A stretch of DNA of 64,000 bases from Pseudomonadota bacterium (GTDB taxonomy: Bacteria; Myxococcota; JACRCW01; JAFGSX01), in NCBI GenBank assembly GCA_043821645.1, contig JBDRCO010000065.1, positions 32,001-96,000 on the forward strand, written 5' to 3'. This document shows, one piece after another, positions 1 to 10,072 of this stretch. Position 1 is the stretch's first letter, and each line of letters opens with the position of its first letter. Position numbers and translations under genes: made by a program. The notes below the pieces were generated by a model that was not told the origin of the DNA, ran no database searches, and saw only the letters and a program-made list of their open reading frames with translations.

Positions 1-478
1 CGGCCACCTCGGCAAGGCCGTCGGCCTTGCGCGCCAGGTCATAGGGCGTGTGCGCACCGCCGCTCAGAGCGCCACTGGCATCAAATTCGAAGTGGTTGAT
101 CAGCACGTGCTCGAAGCGCAGGTCGCCAAAGAAGTGTTGCAGCACCAGATCGAGGCTGCCCGAGATGACCGCCAGCTTGTAGCCCCGCCGACGAAGCTCG
201 CGCAGGGTCTCGTGGGCACCGGGCATCGCGCGCAGCTGCCCCACCACCTGGAGCATGGCCTGGCGCGTGGCCCCGCGCTGGCGCAGCATCGCGATGTCAT
301 GCTCGAACCACTGCCGGTAGCTGATGCGGCCGTCGAAGAAGTCGCGCGCAGCCCGGGTGCGAGCGTCGCGGTCGCAGCCGAAGTGGGTATGCAGGGTCTC
401 CCAGATGTACACGGTGTCGTCGACCAGGGTGCCGTCGACGTCGAAGGCGATGAGGCGGATATCAGCGCTGGCGGGCAC
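1..478 (-). CDS. HAD-superfamily phosphatase (phosphoserine phosphatase-like), runs off the left edge
   Basis: Translated by hand (absent from the ORF track): GTG at 478 gives MPASADIRLIAFDVDGTL (HAD motif I DxDGT) and later AVISGS (motif II). Confidence 0.85.
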   Translation of the reverse strand, partial: MPASADIRLIAFDVDGTLVDDTVYIWETLHTHFGCDRDARTRAARDFFDGRISYRQWFEHDIAMLRQRGATRQAMLQVVGQLRAMPGAHETLRELRRRGYKLAVISGSLDLVLQHFFGDLRFEHVLINHFEFDASGALSGGAHTPYDLARKADGLAEVA

Positions 479-487
479 CGGGGGTCG

Positions 488-946
488 TCAGTCCTCGATC
501 TCTGGCAGTTCTCCGAGGTGGAGCTGCAGGTTGGTCGTGGTGCGCCGCTGGCCCAGGGCCTCGAGGTGCTCACGGACCTCGGGATGCCTCTGCAGCAGGT
601 CCTTCATGGGACCCAGCGGGAGCAGCAGACACTGCAGGTCGTTCTCGGCGATCACCGTGGCGGTTCGCTTGTCCGCACCACCGAGCAGGGCCACCTCGCC
701 AAAGACATCGCCGGGGGTGAGCTGGCCCACCACCTTCTTGCTCCCCGCAAACAGGCTCTCGACCCGCGCGGTGCCGCTGACGACGACGTACAGACCGTCG
801 GCATCGTCTCCCATCTGCACCACGGGCTGCTCGGCGAAGTAGCTGCGGGGCATCGCCAGCATGGCGATCTCGGAGATGCGGTCGGTCGCCAGGGCTCCGA
901 AGAGCTTGGTACCGGCAATGGCGTCGCCCTTGGCCTTGTCTTGCAT
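488..946 (-). CDS. Stand-alone cyclic nucleotide-binding domain protein
   Basis: LYVVVSG...GDVFGEVALL...RTATVIA cNMP-binding signature; 152 aa. Confidence 0.9.
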   Translation of the reverse strand: MQDKAKGDAIAGTKLFGALATDRISEIAMLAMPRSYFAEQPVVQMGDDADGLYVVVSGTARVESLFAGSKKVVGQLTPGDVFGEVALLGGADKRTATVIAENDLQCLLLPLGPMKDLLQRHPEVREHLEALGQRRTTTNLQLHLGELPEIED

Positions 947-1000
947 CCAGTTCTCCTGCGACCAGTGGGAAGCGGTGTGGCACCGCTCCCCTGGTGCTCA

Positions 1001-1867
1001 TCAGCCGTGCACGAAAACGGCCTGCGCGCGCGGACCGTTCTCGATGAAATTCTTCATCCCGATCTTCATGTCCTCGGTCTCGATGCAGCGTCCGAAACCC
1101 CTGGCCTCGATCTGCAGCCCCTGCGCCAGCGTGCACCCCCAGCCCTCCCGCATCACCTGGACCAGGATGGCATCGATGGCGCGGGAATGGTAACCGATGT
1201 TCAGTTCTGGCAAGCTGGCCGGCACCTCGAGGGGGGCCGCATCCACCGCATGCAGCACCACCTCACCCGACAGGTGACGACGGATCAAGCGCCTGGCCCC
1301 GGCCACCACATCGTCGACAGGTTCGCCCTGGGCCCAGCCCCAGGCGCAGGCCTCGGCAGCCTTGACGGGACGTCCGCTGCGCAGCAGGTCGTTGGCGTGC
1401 TCGACCCCTATCCATCGAGGCAGGCGCTGGGTACCACCGTAGCCGGGGATGATGCCCAGGTTCACCTCGGGCTGACCCAGCAGCAGCTTGGGGCCCACCA
1501 CCCGGGCATGGCAGGCCATGGAGATCTCGCAACCACCGCCCAGCACCGGACCGTTGACCGCGGCCACCACGGGCTTGGCGCTGTGCTCGAGCACCTCGAG
1601 GACCTGGTAGCCGCGCTGGCACATCTCCTCGCCGGCCTGCGCCGTGTCGACCGTGGCCAGCTCCTTAATATCTGCTCCGGCCAGGGCGCCACCCTCCGAG
1701 GTGAGGATCAAACCCTGCACCGAGGCGTCGGCCAGGGCCTGGCGGGCCGCCTGCGCGATCTCGGCCATGGTGCCCCAGCTCAGGGCATTGAGCACCTGGG
1801 GACGACGCACGGTGAGCAGGGCCACGCCGTCGTCGACATCCAGGCTGATGTTATGCCAAGCGCTCAT
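1001..1867 (-). CDS. Enoyl-CoA hydratase/isomerase (crotonase family)
   Basis: AGADI, GGGCEISMAC and PEVNLGIIPGYGGTQRL motifs, both catalytic Glu present. Confidence 0.92.
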   Translation of the reverse strand: MSAWHNISLDVDDGVALLTVRRPQVLNALSWGTMAEIAQAARQALADASVQGLILTSEGGALAGADIKELATVDTAQAGEEMCQRGYQVLEVLEHSAKPVVAAVNGPVLGGGCEISMACHARVVGPKLLLGQPEVNLGIIPGYGGTQRLPRWIGVEHANDLLRSGRPVKAAEACAWGWAQGEPVDDVVAGARRLIRRHLSGEVVLHAVDAAPLEVPASLPELNIGYHSRAIDAILVQVMREGWGCTLAQGLQIEARGFGRCIETEDMKIGMKNFIENGPRAQAVFVHG

Positions 1868-1951
1868 CGTCCCTCCACTCGAGTCCCGGTCCCGTCGTCA
1901 CGCTTCGGGGCGATGCTAGCCAAGATGGCGCGGTCGAACAAGGCGGGCGGC

Positions 1952-2767
1952 TCAGGGGATCTGGTGACCACCGCTGGTGTTGATCTCCTGCCCGGTCACC
2001 CAGTCGGACAGCGGGCTGGCGAAGAACAGCACCACCTTGGCCACGTCGAGGGGCGAGGCGGGCCGGCCAAAGGGGAGCCGCTCGAGGAACTGATCGCGCA
2101 GGGCCGCGGGGATGCCAAAGGTGCCGTCCCCTTCTTCCTTGGGCCGGGTCAGGCGCGTATCGGTGAAGCCCGGGGCCACGGCGTTGACGTTGATGTGAAA
2201 GGGCGCCCACTCCCGGGCCAGGGTCCGGGTGAGGCCGACGTTGCCCATCTTGGCGGCCACGTAGTTGATCTGGCCGATGTTGCCGTTGATCGCCGCGGTC
2301 GAGTAAAAATTGACGATCTTGCGGTGATACTTGACCTCGCCGGTCTGCTTGAGTTCGGCCATGGCCACGTCGCGCATGAAGGGCACGGTGGCGCGGCAGC
2401 AAAAGAAGGTTCCACCCAGATTGACGTCGAGGACTTGACGCCACTGGGCGTCGGTCATCTTGTGCGCCATGCTGTCGGAGGTGAAGCCGGCGTTGTTGAT
2501 CAGCACATCGAGCGCCCCGAAGGTGTCGGCGGCCTTCTTCATCAAGGCCTCGGCGTAGGTCGCATCCGCCACGCTGCCAGCGCTCGCCACGGCACAGGCC
2601 TTGCCCCCGATGGTCTCGCAGGAACGCACGGTTTGCGTGGCCACGTCCTCGTCGAGGTCGTTGACCACGACACGGGCACCCTCTGCCACGAACAGCTCGG
2701 CCACGGCACGACCGATGCCCCGTCCTGCCCCGGTGATGACGGCGACCCTGTCCTTGAGCAACGACAT
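1952..2767 (-). CDS. SDR oxidoreductase (3-oxoacyl-ACP/CoA reductase, FabG-like)
   Basis: TGAGRGIG, NNAG and YVAAK motifs. Confidence 0.92.
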   Translation of the reverse strand: MSLLKDRVAVITGAGRGIGRAVAELFVAEGARVVVNDLDEDVATQTVRSCETIGGKACAVASAGSVADATYAEALMKKAADTFGALDVLINNAGFTSDSMAHKMTDAQWRQVLDVNLGGTFFCCRATVPFMRDVAMAELKQTGEVKYHRKIVNFYSTAAINGNIGQINYVAAKMGNVGLTRTLAREWAPFHINVNAVAPGFTDTRLTRPKEEGDGTFGIPAALRDQFLERLPFGRPASPLDVAKVVLFFASPLSDWVTGQEINTSGGHQIP

Positions 2768-2839
2768 CGCGTTTTTCCTCGTCAGAAGGTGTCCAAGAAG
2801 CGAGAACGGTCCCTGCCTAGCCGACTTGTTCGGTCGCTG

Positions 2840-3961
2840 TCAACGTCCCGCCAGCCAGGCCAGGATCTCGTCGCTGTGCTGGCCCAGGGCCGGTGGTCCG
2901 AGGCGGCTTCGCGTGTCGGCTCCGACGACGACGGGGGTCAGGGGCAGCTGCACGCGCTGCCCGGAAACCTCGACTTCGGCCACCAGGTCGCGCCGGGACA
3001 GCGCCGGGTCCTCGAGGTGCGCCCGCCGGGGATCGCGAACCGGCTCCACGCAGCAATCCAGCGGCTCCAGCAGCTGCATCCACCGCTCCGTGGTGCGCGT
3101 CCTGAACAGTGCCTCGAGCTCGCGCTTCACCGCCGCGCCCTGCTCACCGGTGGCGACGCCCATGGGCCGCAGATCCGGGCGCTGCAGTGCCTCACACAGC
3201 GGCTCCCAGAACTTGGGCTCGAGGGCGGCCACGGCCAGGGCGCCGTCCGCGGTGGGGTAGCAGTTGTAGGCCGGAATGCCACCCTGCAGATAACCCGCTC
3301 CGGGTTGCAGGGGCTCGCCGCAGGCCAGGTGCTGTGCCAGCGGCCACACCAGCATGGCCCAGGCGCCATCGACGAGGGCCGCATCGATCACGGCGCCGTG
3401 GCCTTCGCGGTCGCGCTGGCGCAGGGCAGCCAGGATCTGGATGGCCGGCAGCAGTGCTCCACCGACCATGTCCGCCACCTGCACCGGCAGCACCTCGGGC
3501 TGCGCGGCCATGCCCAGCACCCCCGCGCGCGCGGTGTAGTTCAGATCGTGACCAGCGCGCAGGGCATCGGGTCCCTGCTGACCGTAGCCGGAGATGCGAC
3601 ACAGGATCAGGCGCGGATTGCGCGCCTGCAGGACCTCGGGTCCCAGCTTCAGCCGCTCGAGCACGCCGGGGCGAAAGGACTCCACCACGACGTCGACCCG
3701 CTCGCACAGATCCAGAAACTGGTCCCTGCCCTGCGCATCCTTGAGGTCCAGGGCCAGCGAGCGCTTGCCTCGGTTGAGGGCTGCGAACACCGCGCTGACC
3801 TCGCCGCAGAGGGGAGGCAGGTGGCGCAGGTAGTCGCCTCCCTCGGGGGCCTCGAGCTTGATGACGTCGGCGCCGAGGTCGCACAGCAGCTGCGTCAGGT
3901 AGGGGCCGGGAAGCAGGCGAGACAGGTCCAGGACCCGCACACCGTCGAGGGGGGCCGTCAT
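2840..3961 (-). CDS. CaiB/BaiF family III CoA transferase (AMACR-like)
   Basis: PLDGVRVLDLSRLLPGP, NRGKRSLALDLK, GHDLNY and C-terminal PALGQHSDEIL. Confidence 0.92.
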   Translation of the reverse strand: MTAPLDGVRVLDLSRLLPGPYLTQLLCDLGADVIKLEAPEGGDYLRHLPPLCGEVSAVFAALNRGKRSLALDLKDAQGRDQFLDLCERVDVVVESFRPGVLERLKLGPEVLQARNPRLILCRISGYGQQGPDALRAGHDLNYTARAGVLGMAAQPEVLPVQVADMVGGALLPAIQILAALRQRDREGHGAVIDAALVDGAWAMLVWPLAQHLACGEPLQPGAGYLQGGIPAYNCYPTADGALAVAALEPKFWEPLCEALQRPDLRPMGVATGEQGAAVKRELEALFRTRTTERWMQLLEPLDCCVEPVRDPRRAHLEDPALSRRDLVAEVEVSGQRVQLPLTPVVVGADTRSRLGPPALGQHSDEILAWLAGR

Positions 3962-4032
3962 GCGTCACCTCGACCCGTGCCGGGAGAGGGAGACCCGGAG
4001 GTCCTCGATGGCCAAAATAAAGAGGCGAGGGC

Positions 4033-4350
4033 TCAGCTGATCAGGCTCTGCAGCTTGAGGGCCAGCGACATGTCACCGGCGACCTTGAGCTTGCCGCTCA
4101 TGAAGGCCATCTGCGGGTTGACCGAGCCCTCGAAGATGCCGACCCAGTCCGCGTCCGCGATGGTGATCTTGCACTTGGCGTCGTCGAGAGCGCCCTCGCC
4201 GACCCAGTCCGCGTCCTTGGTCAGGTCCACGTGCCAGGTGCCACCGTTGTCACCGGTGACGGTGAACTGGAAGGTGCCGCCGATCTTCTCGGCCTTCTCC
4301 TTGTTGAGGTTGCCAGGCAGCCGGGTCTCGAAGATCTCGCGCGGTGTCAT
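4033..4350 (-). CDS. SCP2 sterol/lipid-binding domain protein
   Basis: NPQMAFMSGKLKVAGDM SCP2 motif; start moved to ATG 4350 (MTPREIF) behind AGGAG. Confidence 0.9.
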   Translation of the reverse strand: MTPREIFETRLPGNLNKEKAEKIGGTFQFTVTGDNGGTWHVDLTKDADWVGEGALDDAKCKITIADADWVGIFEGSVNPQMAFMSGKLKVAGDMSLALKLQSLIS

Positions 4351-4410
4351 CGGGGCTCCTGAGCCTGCTCGCGCCGGGCGCGGCGGCCTGCCAAGGGTGA
4401 AATGCCGTCG

Positions 4411-4439
4411 ACAATAAAGATCCTGACGCGCCGAGTCAA
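4411..4439 (-). promoter_or_regulatory. Putative sigma70 promoter for the SCP2/lipid cluster
   Basis: Minus strand TTGACT-N17-TATTGT. Confidence 0.5.
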
Positions 4440-4500
4440 CCACGATGGAGGCATGGGGTGGGCATCGCAGGTCGGTGCTCGGGTGCGCGCAGTGGTCCGC

Positions 4501-5868
4501 TCAGGGGGTCGTGCCACCGGTGGAGGTGCCGTAGAACACGGCCTCGCTCAGACAGCTGCGGTTCTGCTTGCCGCGCACCTTGACCGCCGAGAACTCGACC
4601 CGCACCCACGTGGCCTTGAGGGGCTTGGTGAAGAACACCAGCGTCTGCGCACCGGGCCGTCCGTCGCCGAGGGGAACGTCCTTGAACCCGGCGATCGGTC
4701 CACCGCTGAAGGCCGGATCGCCGCGATCGAACCACAGCTTGTCCCCCGACGAGAACAGCAGGGTGACACCCGTGATGCGGTTGCTGTCGACATAGGTCTT
4801 GTTCGAGCTGACATCCCCGAAGACCAGGCGTGCCATGCGCAACGACTGCTCCTGGCCGTAGTCCGCCTCCCACCACTGCCCCTGGCCGTCACCGTCCGCA
4901 CCCTCGCACCAGCAGGTGCCCAGATCGCCGTCGGCAGCCCAGCTCGCATGGGGCGCCGGATCCCGCTGCATGGCGAGCTGCTCGTCGCCGGCACTGTCCG
5001 GCGAGCCTTCCTCGGCCGGCTTCGATGCCGCCTTCCCGGTGTCCCCAGCCTTGGCTCCGAGATCCGCGAACACGTCCTTGACTCCGCGCTCCACGGCCTG
5101 GCGGCCATACTTGGACTCGAGATGCGCGGGCAGGAGCTGACTCGATCCTCCGGTCTTGGAAGGCTTGAGCTCGTCGACGTAGGGGTGAAACTGCTCCTTG
5201 CCCGCAACGTACTCCCCGGCGCGGCCGAGCTGTGGCTGAAAGCGGAACAGGGTCTCCTGAGCCCCCGCGATCACGCGCAGCGCGGATTTATCTGGACGCT
5301 GGGCCATGAACACCTTGACGTCCCGGCGCACCGCCAGCTCCAGGTTGCCATCGCCATCGCTGTCGACGAAGCGGTAGCCCGCCGCGGTGTCACCAAAAGC
5401 CAGCAGTTCCTCGCCTGGCCGGGCTGGCCGGATGTCGTCGACGGAGAACAGACTGTCGTAGATGGGTACCAGCGCGCCCTTGAGCCATCGGCTGATCACC
5501 AGCCGCCGCGTCGTCTCGTCGGGATTGACCTCCCGTACCTCGAAGATCACCTCGGGATTAGCGTCTGCTACCAGCTGCCGCGCTTGCAGTCGTAACACCA
5601 CCTCCCCGTCGTAGACCGGGCTCGAGAAGAGCTGCACCAGGGGTTTGCCCTCGAGCTGGCGCCACACGGTCAGCGCGACGCCGTGCTCCACCAGAACAGC
5701 CGCCAGGATCTCCGGGCGTCGGTCGAGATCGAGGTCGATCGTGAGGGTGCGCAGAACCTCCTGGCCTCGTTCGGCGGCGGCCTGCTCCAGACTCTGTGCC
5801 CCGACCAGCCCGGGCAAGAGCGCGCCCAGGACGACAAGTGTGGCTCGCATGATGGCCTCGATCTTCAC
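4501..5868 (-). CDS. Secreted protein with C-terminal discoidin-like (NADase-type glycan-binding) domain
   Basis: Hydrophobic signal peptide; DSDGDGNLE loop; AADGDLGTCWCEGADGDGQGQW motif; GTG start overlaps the upstream stop (GTGA). Confidence 0.65.
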   Translation of the reverse strand: MKIEAIMRATLVVLGALLPGLVGAQSLEQAAAERGQEVLRTLTIDLDLDRRPEILAAVLVEHGVALTVWRQLEGKPLVQLFSSPVYDGEVVLRLQARQLVADANPEVIFEVREVNPDETTRRLVISRWLKGALVPIYDSLFSVDDIRPARPGEELLAFGDTAAGYRFVDSDGDGNLELAVRRDVKVFMAQRPDKSALRVIAGAQETLFRFQPQLGRAGEYVAGKEQFHPYVDELKPSKTGGSSQLLPAHLESKYGRQAVERGVKDVFADLGAKAGDTGKAASKPAEEGSPDSAGDEQLAMQRDPAPHASWAADGDLGTCWCEGADGDGQGQWWEADYGQEQSLRMARLVFGDVSSNKTYVDSNRITGVTLLFSSGDKLWFDRGDPAFSGGPIAGFKDVPLGDGRPGAQTLVFFTKPLKATWVRVEFSAVKVRGKQNRSCLSEAVFYGTSTGGTTP

Positions 5869-7754
5869 ATCTCCCCCACGTCATCGGCACCGTGCAGGGC
5901 ATCCAGGGTCACGCGATACTTCGCGCGCACGTGATGCCGCCGGAGCCGCATGGTCGCCGTGAGCTCATCGCCGATGGCAAAGGGATTCTCGACAATGGCA
6001 AAGCGACGCACACCCTGCCCCGCCTTATAGCGCCGGTTGCGGTCATCGATCACGCCCTGAATCAGTCTTCGAACCTCGGGTGCCCGGGACAGGTCTGCCA
6101 GCGTCCGGTATGGCAGGTGCAGACCCCGCGCCCAGGTCTGGATCGCTTCAGGGTCCAGCGAGACCAGGGCCACCAGCTCGCCGGAGCCATTGCCGTCGAT
6201 GAGGGCGTGGCCCACGAAGGCGTTGGTGCGCAGCGCCATCTCGATGCGCATCGGATCCAGGATGCGACCGTCGGCGAAGCTGATGACGTCCTCGACGCGG
6301 CCTTGCACGCGCAAAAAGCCATCCACGTCGAGCTCCCCGAGGTCCCCGGTGCGCAGGAAACCATCCTCGGTGAATTCCAGGGCATCCTCCGGTTGCGCCC
6401 AGTAGCCCTTCATGAGGCCTCGACCCCGCAGCAGGATCTCGCCTTCGTCTCCGATGCGGATCTCGGTTCCGGGCAGGGTCGGACCGACGCTCCCTATCTT
6501 GCCGCGTCCAGCCGTGTTGAGACAGCTGATCCCCGTGGCCTCGGTCAGCCCGTAGCTCAGGTCGATGTCGATGCCGGCGAAGCTAAAGAAGTAGTTGACG
6601 CGGTCGGCCAGAGGACCGCCTCCACAGATGAAGCGCCGCGCGCGCCCTCCAAACAACGTGCGCAGGCGCTCCTCGATGCGCTCGAACACGGCATGCTGGG
6701 CGAGCTTCCAGCGCAAGTCCTGCGGCTCCGCGCCCTCGCGCTGGCGAAGCATGTGCTCGCGCGCTTGCTTCATGGCCCAGGCGAAGAGCCGGCTGCGGGG
6801 ACCGCGCACGTCGTGGCCACTGCGCACGATGGTGCCGTAAAGCAACTCGAAGACCCGGGGTGGTGCGGCCATCAGCGTGGGCTGCACGACCTCGATGTAC
6901 TCGAACAGCTCGCGGGTCGAATCCGCCAGCGAGATCGTGCCTCCACTGCGCAGCCACAGCCCACAGAAGACCCGAGCAAAGGCGTGTGCCATGGGCATGC
7001 ACAGGAGCATGACGTCGCCACTATCGATGAACTCGAGCCGGGCCAGGGCCTCGACCTCGTACACCAGCGCGTCGTGACTGATGGCCACGATCTTCATCTC
7101 CTCGCGAGTGCCCGAGGTGAACAGCATGGTGCTGGTGTCGGCGGGTTCCAGCGATTCGAGGCGGCGCTGCAGCAGCGGTGCGCGCGCGCCCTGTGCCACC
7201 AGTCCGCGCCGGCGGAGTTCCAGCAGATCCAGGACCTCGGCGCTGCTGGCCCCGACCTGTGGGTCCTGCTCGAACACCACGACGTGGCGCAGGGTGGGCA
7301 GCCGCCGTGCCTCGAGCAAGCGCCGGGCATATTCCGCGCTGTCCACGAAGACCACGGCGCAGCCCGTCCGCTCGACCAGGTCGGCACACTGCTCGGCGGG
7401 GAGGCGGTGCAGGATGGCCGCGGAGATGGCTCCACAAGCGCTTGTCGCCAGATCCACCGCCACCCATTCGACGCGCGAACGCGCGATGATGGCCACGCGA
7501 TCGCCCTTGTTGACGTCGAGAGTGAGCAGACCCAGAGCGATCTCGTGGACCTCGCGGCCGAGCTCCTCCCAGGTGAGATTCCGCCAGCGTCCGCGTTCCT
7601 GCAGCAGGGCGGCCACGGCCATGGGCCGCTGCTCGACCTGATGCTGGAGCAAGCTGTAAAGGGTCTTCGCTGCCACGCGCCCTCTTGCCCGTGCGGCCCC
7701 TCCCCCTCGCCGCGCGTTCCGTCCCCTCTGCCACGCCCGGGCGAGGGGCATCAT
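5865..7754 (-). CDS. Long-chain fatty acid-CoA ligase-like AMP-binding protein with degenerate motifs
   Basis: YGLTE and RTGDLG intact; P-loop reads FTSGTREEMK; true start may be slightly downstream. Confidence 0.85.
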   Translation of the reverse strand: MMPLARAWQRGRNARRGGGAARARGRVAAKTLYSLLQHQVEQRPMAVAALLQERGRWRNLTWEELGREVHEIALGLLTLDVNKGDRVAIIARSRVEWVAVDLATSACGAISAAILHRLPAEQCADLVERTGCAVVFVDSAEYARRLLEARRLPTLRHVVVFEQDPQVGASSAEVLDLLELRRRGLVAQGARAPLLQRRLESLEPADTSTMLFTSGTREEMKIVAISHDALVYEVEALARLEFIDSGDVMLLCMPMAHAFARVFCGLWLRSGGTISLADSTRELFEYIEVVQPTLMAAPPRVFELLYGTIVRSGHDVRGPRSRLFAWAMKQAREHMLRQREGAEPQDLRWKLAQHAVFERIEERLRTLFGGRARRFICGGGPLADRVNYFFSFAGIDIDLSYGLTEATGISCLNTAGRGKIGSVGPTLPGTEIRIGDEGEILLRGRGLMKGYWAQPEDALEFTEDGFLRTGDLGELDVDGFLRVQGRVEDVISFADGRILDPMRIEMALRTNAFVGHALIDGNGSGELVALVSLDPEAIQTWARGLHLPYRTLADLSRAPEVRRLIQGVIDDRNRRYKAGQGVRRFAIVENPFAIGDELTATMRLRRHHVRAKYRVTLDALHGADDVGEM

Positions 7755-8038
7755 ACGCGCTTTCGCTTGAAAGTCCTGCCTTGCCTGCCCGCAAACGCAA
7801 GCGCAGCCTGGCGACGTTGACAGCCTCGACGAGCACCGCCTATCGTCGAAGTGCTGACAGCAATGTCAGGGGCAGTCCCTGGAGCAGCAGGCTGTCGGGG
7901 CAGGCCAGCCCGCAAGGTCAGGGGTACAAATGGAATGCACCTCGAAGCCGGCTCAGCCGTTGGATCAGATCGGTGGCTGACGCCGACGGCAGACAAGCCG
8001 GGACGCGGGTCCGGCAGCGGACACAGGACGGGAGCGTG

Positions 8039-10036
8039 ATGTCGACCGAGGTCGAGCCCCTGCGCCAGACACCAGCGCCCGATGGAGCGCGTCTGGTAGG
8101 CCGTCGCCTCGGTCCCTACGAGGTGCTCGACGAAGTCGGCCGTGGCGGAATGAGCGTGGTCTACCGCGGCCGTGACACACGGCTTGATCGAGAAGTCGCG
8201 ATCAAGGTCCTGCATCCCTTCCTGGCGGACCGCGATGACGCGCGCCGACGCTTCGAGCGCGAGGCGCGGGCAGTGGCCAGCCTGCAGCACCCCAATATTC
8301 TCGAAATCTACGATTTTTCAGATGATGCCGCGGAGCAGAGCTACATCGTCACCGAGCTGGTGCGCGGTGTGACCCTGCGCGTCTTTGTCGAGCAGCAGCC
8401 CCTGGACCCGCCCGAACTGGCCGCGGTCATCGGGATCAAGCTGTGCGCGGCGCTGCAGCGCGCCCACGCCGCGGGTGTGGTGCATCGCGACGTCAAGCCC
8501 GAGAACATCATGATCGGCGAGGCCGGTGCGCTCAAGCTCATGGACTTCGGCATCGCTCACATGCGCGACGCCACCTCTTTGACCGCCACCGGCACCCTGC
8601 TCGGCTCTCCCGCGCACATGGCTCCCGAGGCCATCGAAGGCGGCACCATCGACGAGCGCACGGACCAGTTCAGCGTGGGCACCATCCTGTACTGGATGGC
8701 CAGCGGCAAGTTGCCCTTCACAGGCAAGAACCCGCACGCCCTGCTCAAGCGCATCGTTGACGGCAAGTACACGCCACCACAGCGGGTCAACCCCAAGATC
8801 TCGGACCGCCTGGCCGAGATCATCGGGCGCACCCTGGCCTGCGAGCCCGCCGCGCGCTTTCCTGACGTGGGAGTCCTGCGCGAGGCCCTGCTGGCCGTGC
8901 TGCGGGAAGGCGGAATTGTCGACGTCGACGAGACCCTAGCGCGCTACTGCGCGGATCCTGCACGCGCCGGCGCCGTGCTCACCACCACGGTGGTCTCGGC
9001 CTTCACCCAGCGCGCCCGCGAGGCACAGCGCGAGGGAGAGACCGCCAAGGCCCTGGCAGCCTTCAACCGCGTGCTGGCCCTGGATCCTGGCAACACACGC
9101 GCCCGGGATGAACTGGATGGCTTGATGCGGCGGCTGCAGCGGACGGCCCTGTTGGCGCGGCTGCGCCGGGGTGGGCTGGTGGCCAGCGTCGTCGTGGTCC
9201 TGCTGGCAGTCGCGAGCTGGGGCCTGGTGCAGCTCGGGGGCGCCCAGCCGGCGGCGGATCCGGTCGGGGCTGCCGACCCACAAGCCACGACGAGCCAGCT
9301 CGCGGCCACGACCCTGGCAGGATCGGGAGCGTCGCTGCGGTCCGATCCCACCGCCGGCTCCAGCGAGGATCCGGATCCAGCCCCAGGCCCGGTCGCCCAC
9401 AAACGTCCTCAGGTCACGAGCGCAGGGGGACAGACCACCGTCCCCGTGGCCCCGAACAAGGTGATGACGGCGCGCCAGGCACGCGAGAAAGCCCAGCAGG
9501 AGCCCGGTCCGACCGCCCTGGATCCGACACACGAGCCCGGCGTGGAGCTGCGCGAGGTACCGCTGCACATTCACCCCTGGGCAGACGTGTATGTCGACGA
9601 CGCCGAGAGGCCGGCTGTCAAGGGTGCCAAGCAGGCCACCCTCCAGCTCGCGCCAGGGACGCACCGCCTGCGCTTCGAGAACACCTTCACCGCGCCCGAA
9701 GAATTCGTGGTCGAGGTGGCCCGCAGCGGACCTGTCTCCATCCCCCGGGTCCAGATGCATCGCATGCGTCCAGCCTACCTGGTGGTGGACGCCCCGGCCG
9801 AGGCCGAGGTCAAGGTGGCAGGCAAGTACTGGGGAAAGGTGGCCGCCACCCGCAGCGCGCCCATCATCGTGCCGCTGCCCGACGGCATGCCGCGGGTACA
9901 GCACGTCGTCGAGATCACCCTGGCAGGCCATCAACCCTTCGTGGCGGAGACCGCGTTCACGGCAGGCGAGACGCAGCAACTCCACGCCGTTCTGGTCCCC
10001 CTGGCCGCGGCGCCCGCGCCTGCAAACACCCCATGA
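8039..10036 (+). CDS. Membrane Ser/Thr protein kinase with TPR-like helix pair, TM segment and C-terminal PEGA-like domains
   Basis: GRGGMSVV, VAIK, HRDVKPEN, DFG and APE motifs; start chosen at ATG 8039 behind GGGAG. Confidence 0.92.
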   Translation: MSTEVEPLRQTPAPDGARLVGRRLGPYEVLDEVGRGGMSVVYRGRDTRLDREVAIKVLHPFLADRDDARRRFEREARAVASLQHPNILEIYDFSDDAAEQSYIVTELVRGVTLRVFVEQQPLDPPELAAVIGIKLCAALQRAHAAGVVHRDVKPENIMIGEAGALKLMDFGIAHMRDATSLTATGTLLGSPAHMAPEAIEGGTIDERTDQFSVGTILYWMASGKLPFTGKNPHALLKRIVDGKYTPPQRVNPKISDRLAEIIGRTLACEPAARFPDVGVLREALLAVLREGGIVDVDETLARYCADPARAGAVLTTTVVSAFTQRAREAQREGETAKALAAFNRVLALDPGNTRARDELDGLMRRLQRTALLARLRRGGLVASVVVVLLAVASWGLVQLGGAQPAADPVGAADPQATTSQLAATTLAGSGASLRSDPTAGSSEDPDPAPGPVAHKRPQVTSAGGQTTVPVAPNKVMTARQAREKAQQEPGPTALDPTHEPGVELREVPLHIHPWADVYVDDAERPAVKGAKQATLQLAPGTHRLRFENTFTAPEEFVVEVARSGPVSIPRVQMHRMRPAYLVVDAPAEAEVKVAGKYWGKVAATRSAPIIVPLPDGMPRVQHVVEITLAGHQPFVAETAFTAGETQQLHAVLVPLAAAPAPANTP

Positions 10037-10072
10037 CCGCGGCGGCGCCTTGCGCTAACGTAGCGCCCGCTC

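Noticed and set aside
4138-4216. 19-bp direct repeat 60 bp apart
   Set aside because: Both copies encode DADWVG inside SCP2; only two copies, not CRISPR-like.
50-4417. 1455-aa plus-strand ORF, and five consecutive minus-strand genes sharing one frame (possible readthrough polyprotein)
   Set aside because: Antisense shadow of high-GC genes with no domain motifs. Extra in-frame TGA stops in the spacers (998-1000, 1898-1900) rule out readthrough.
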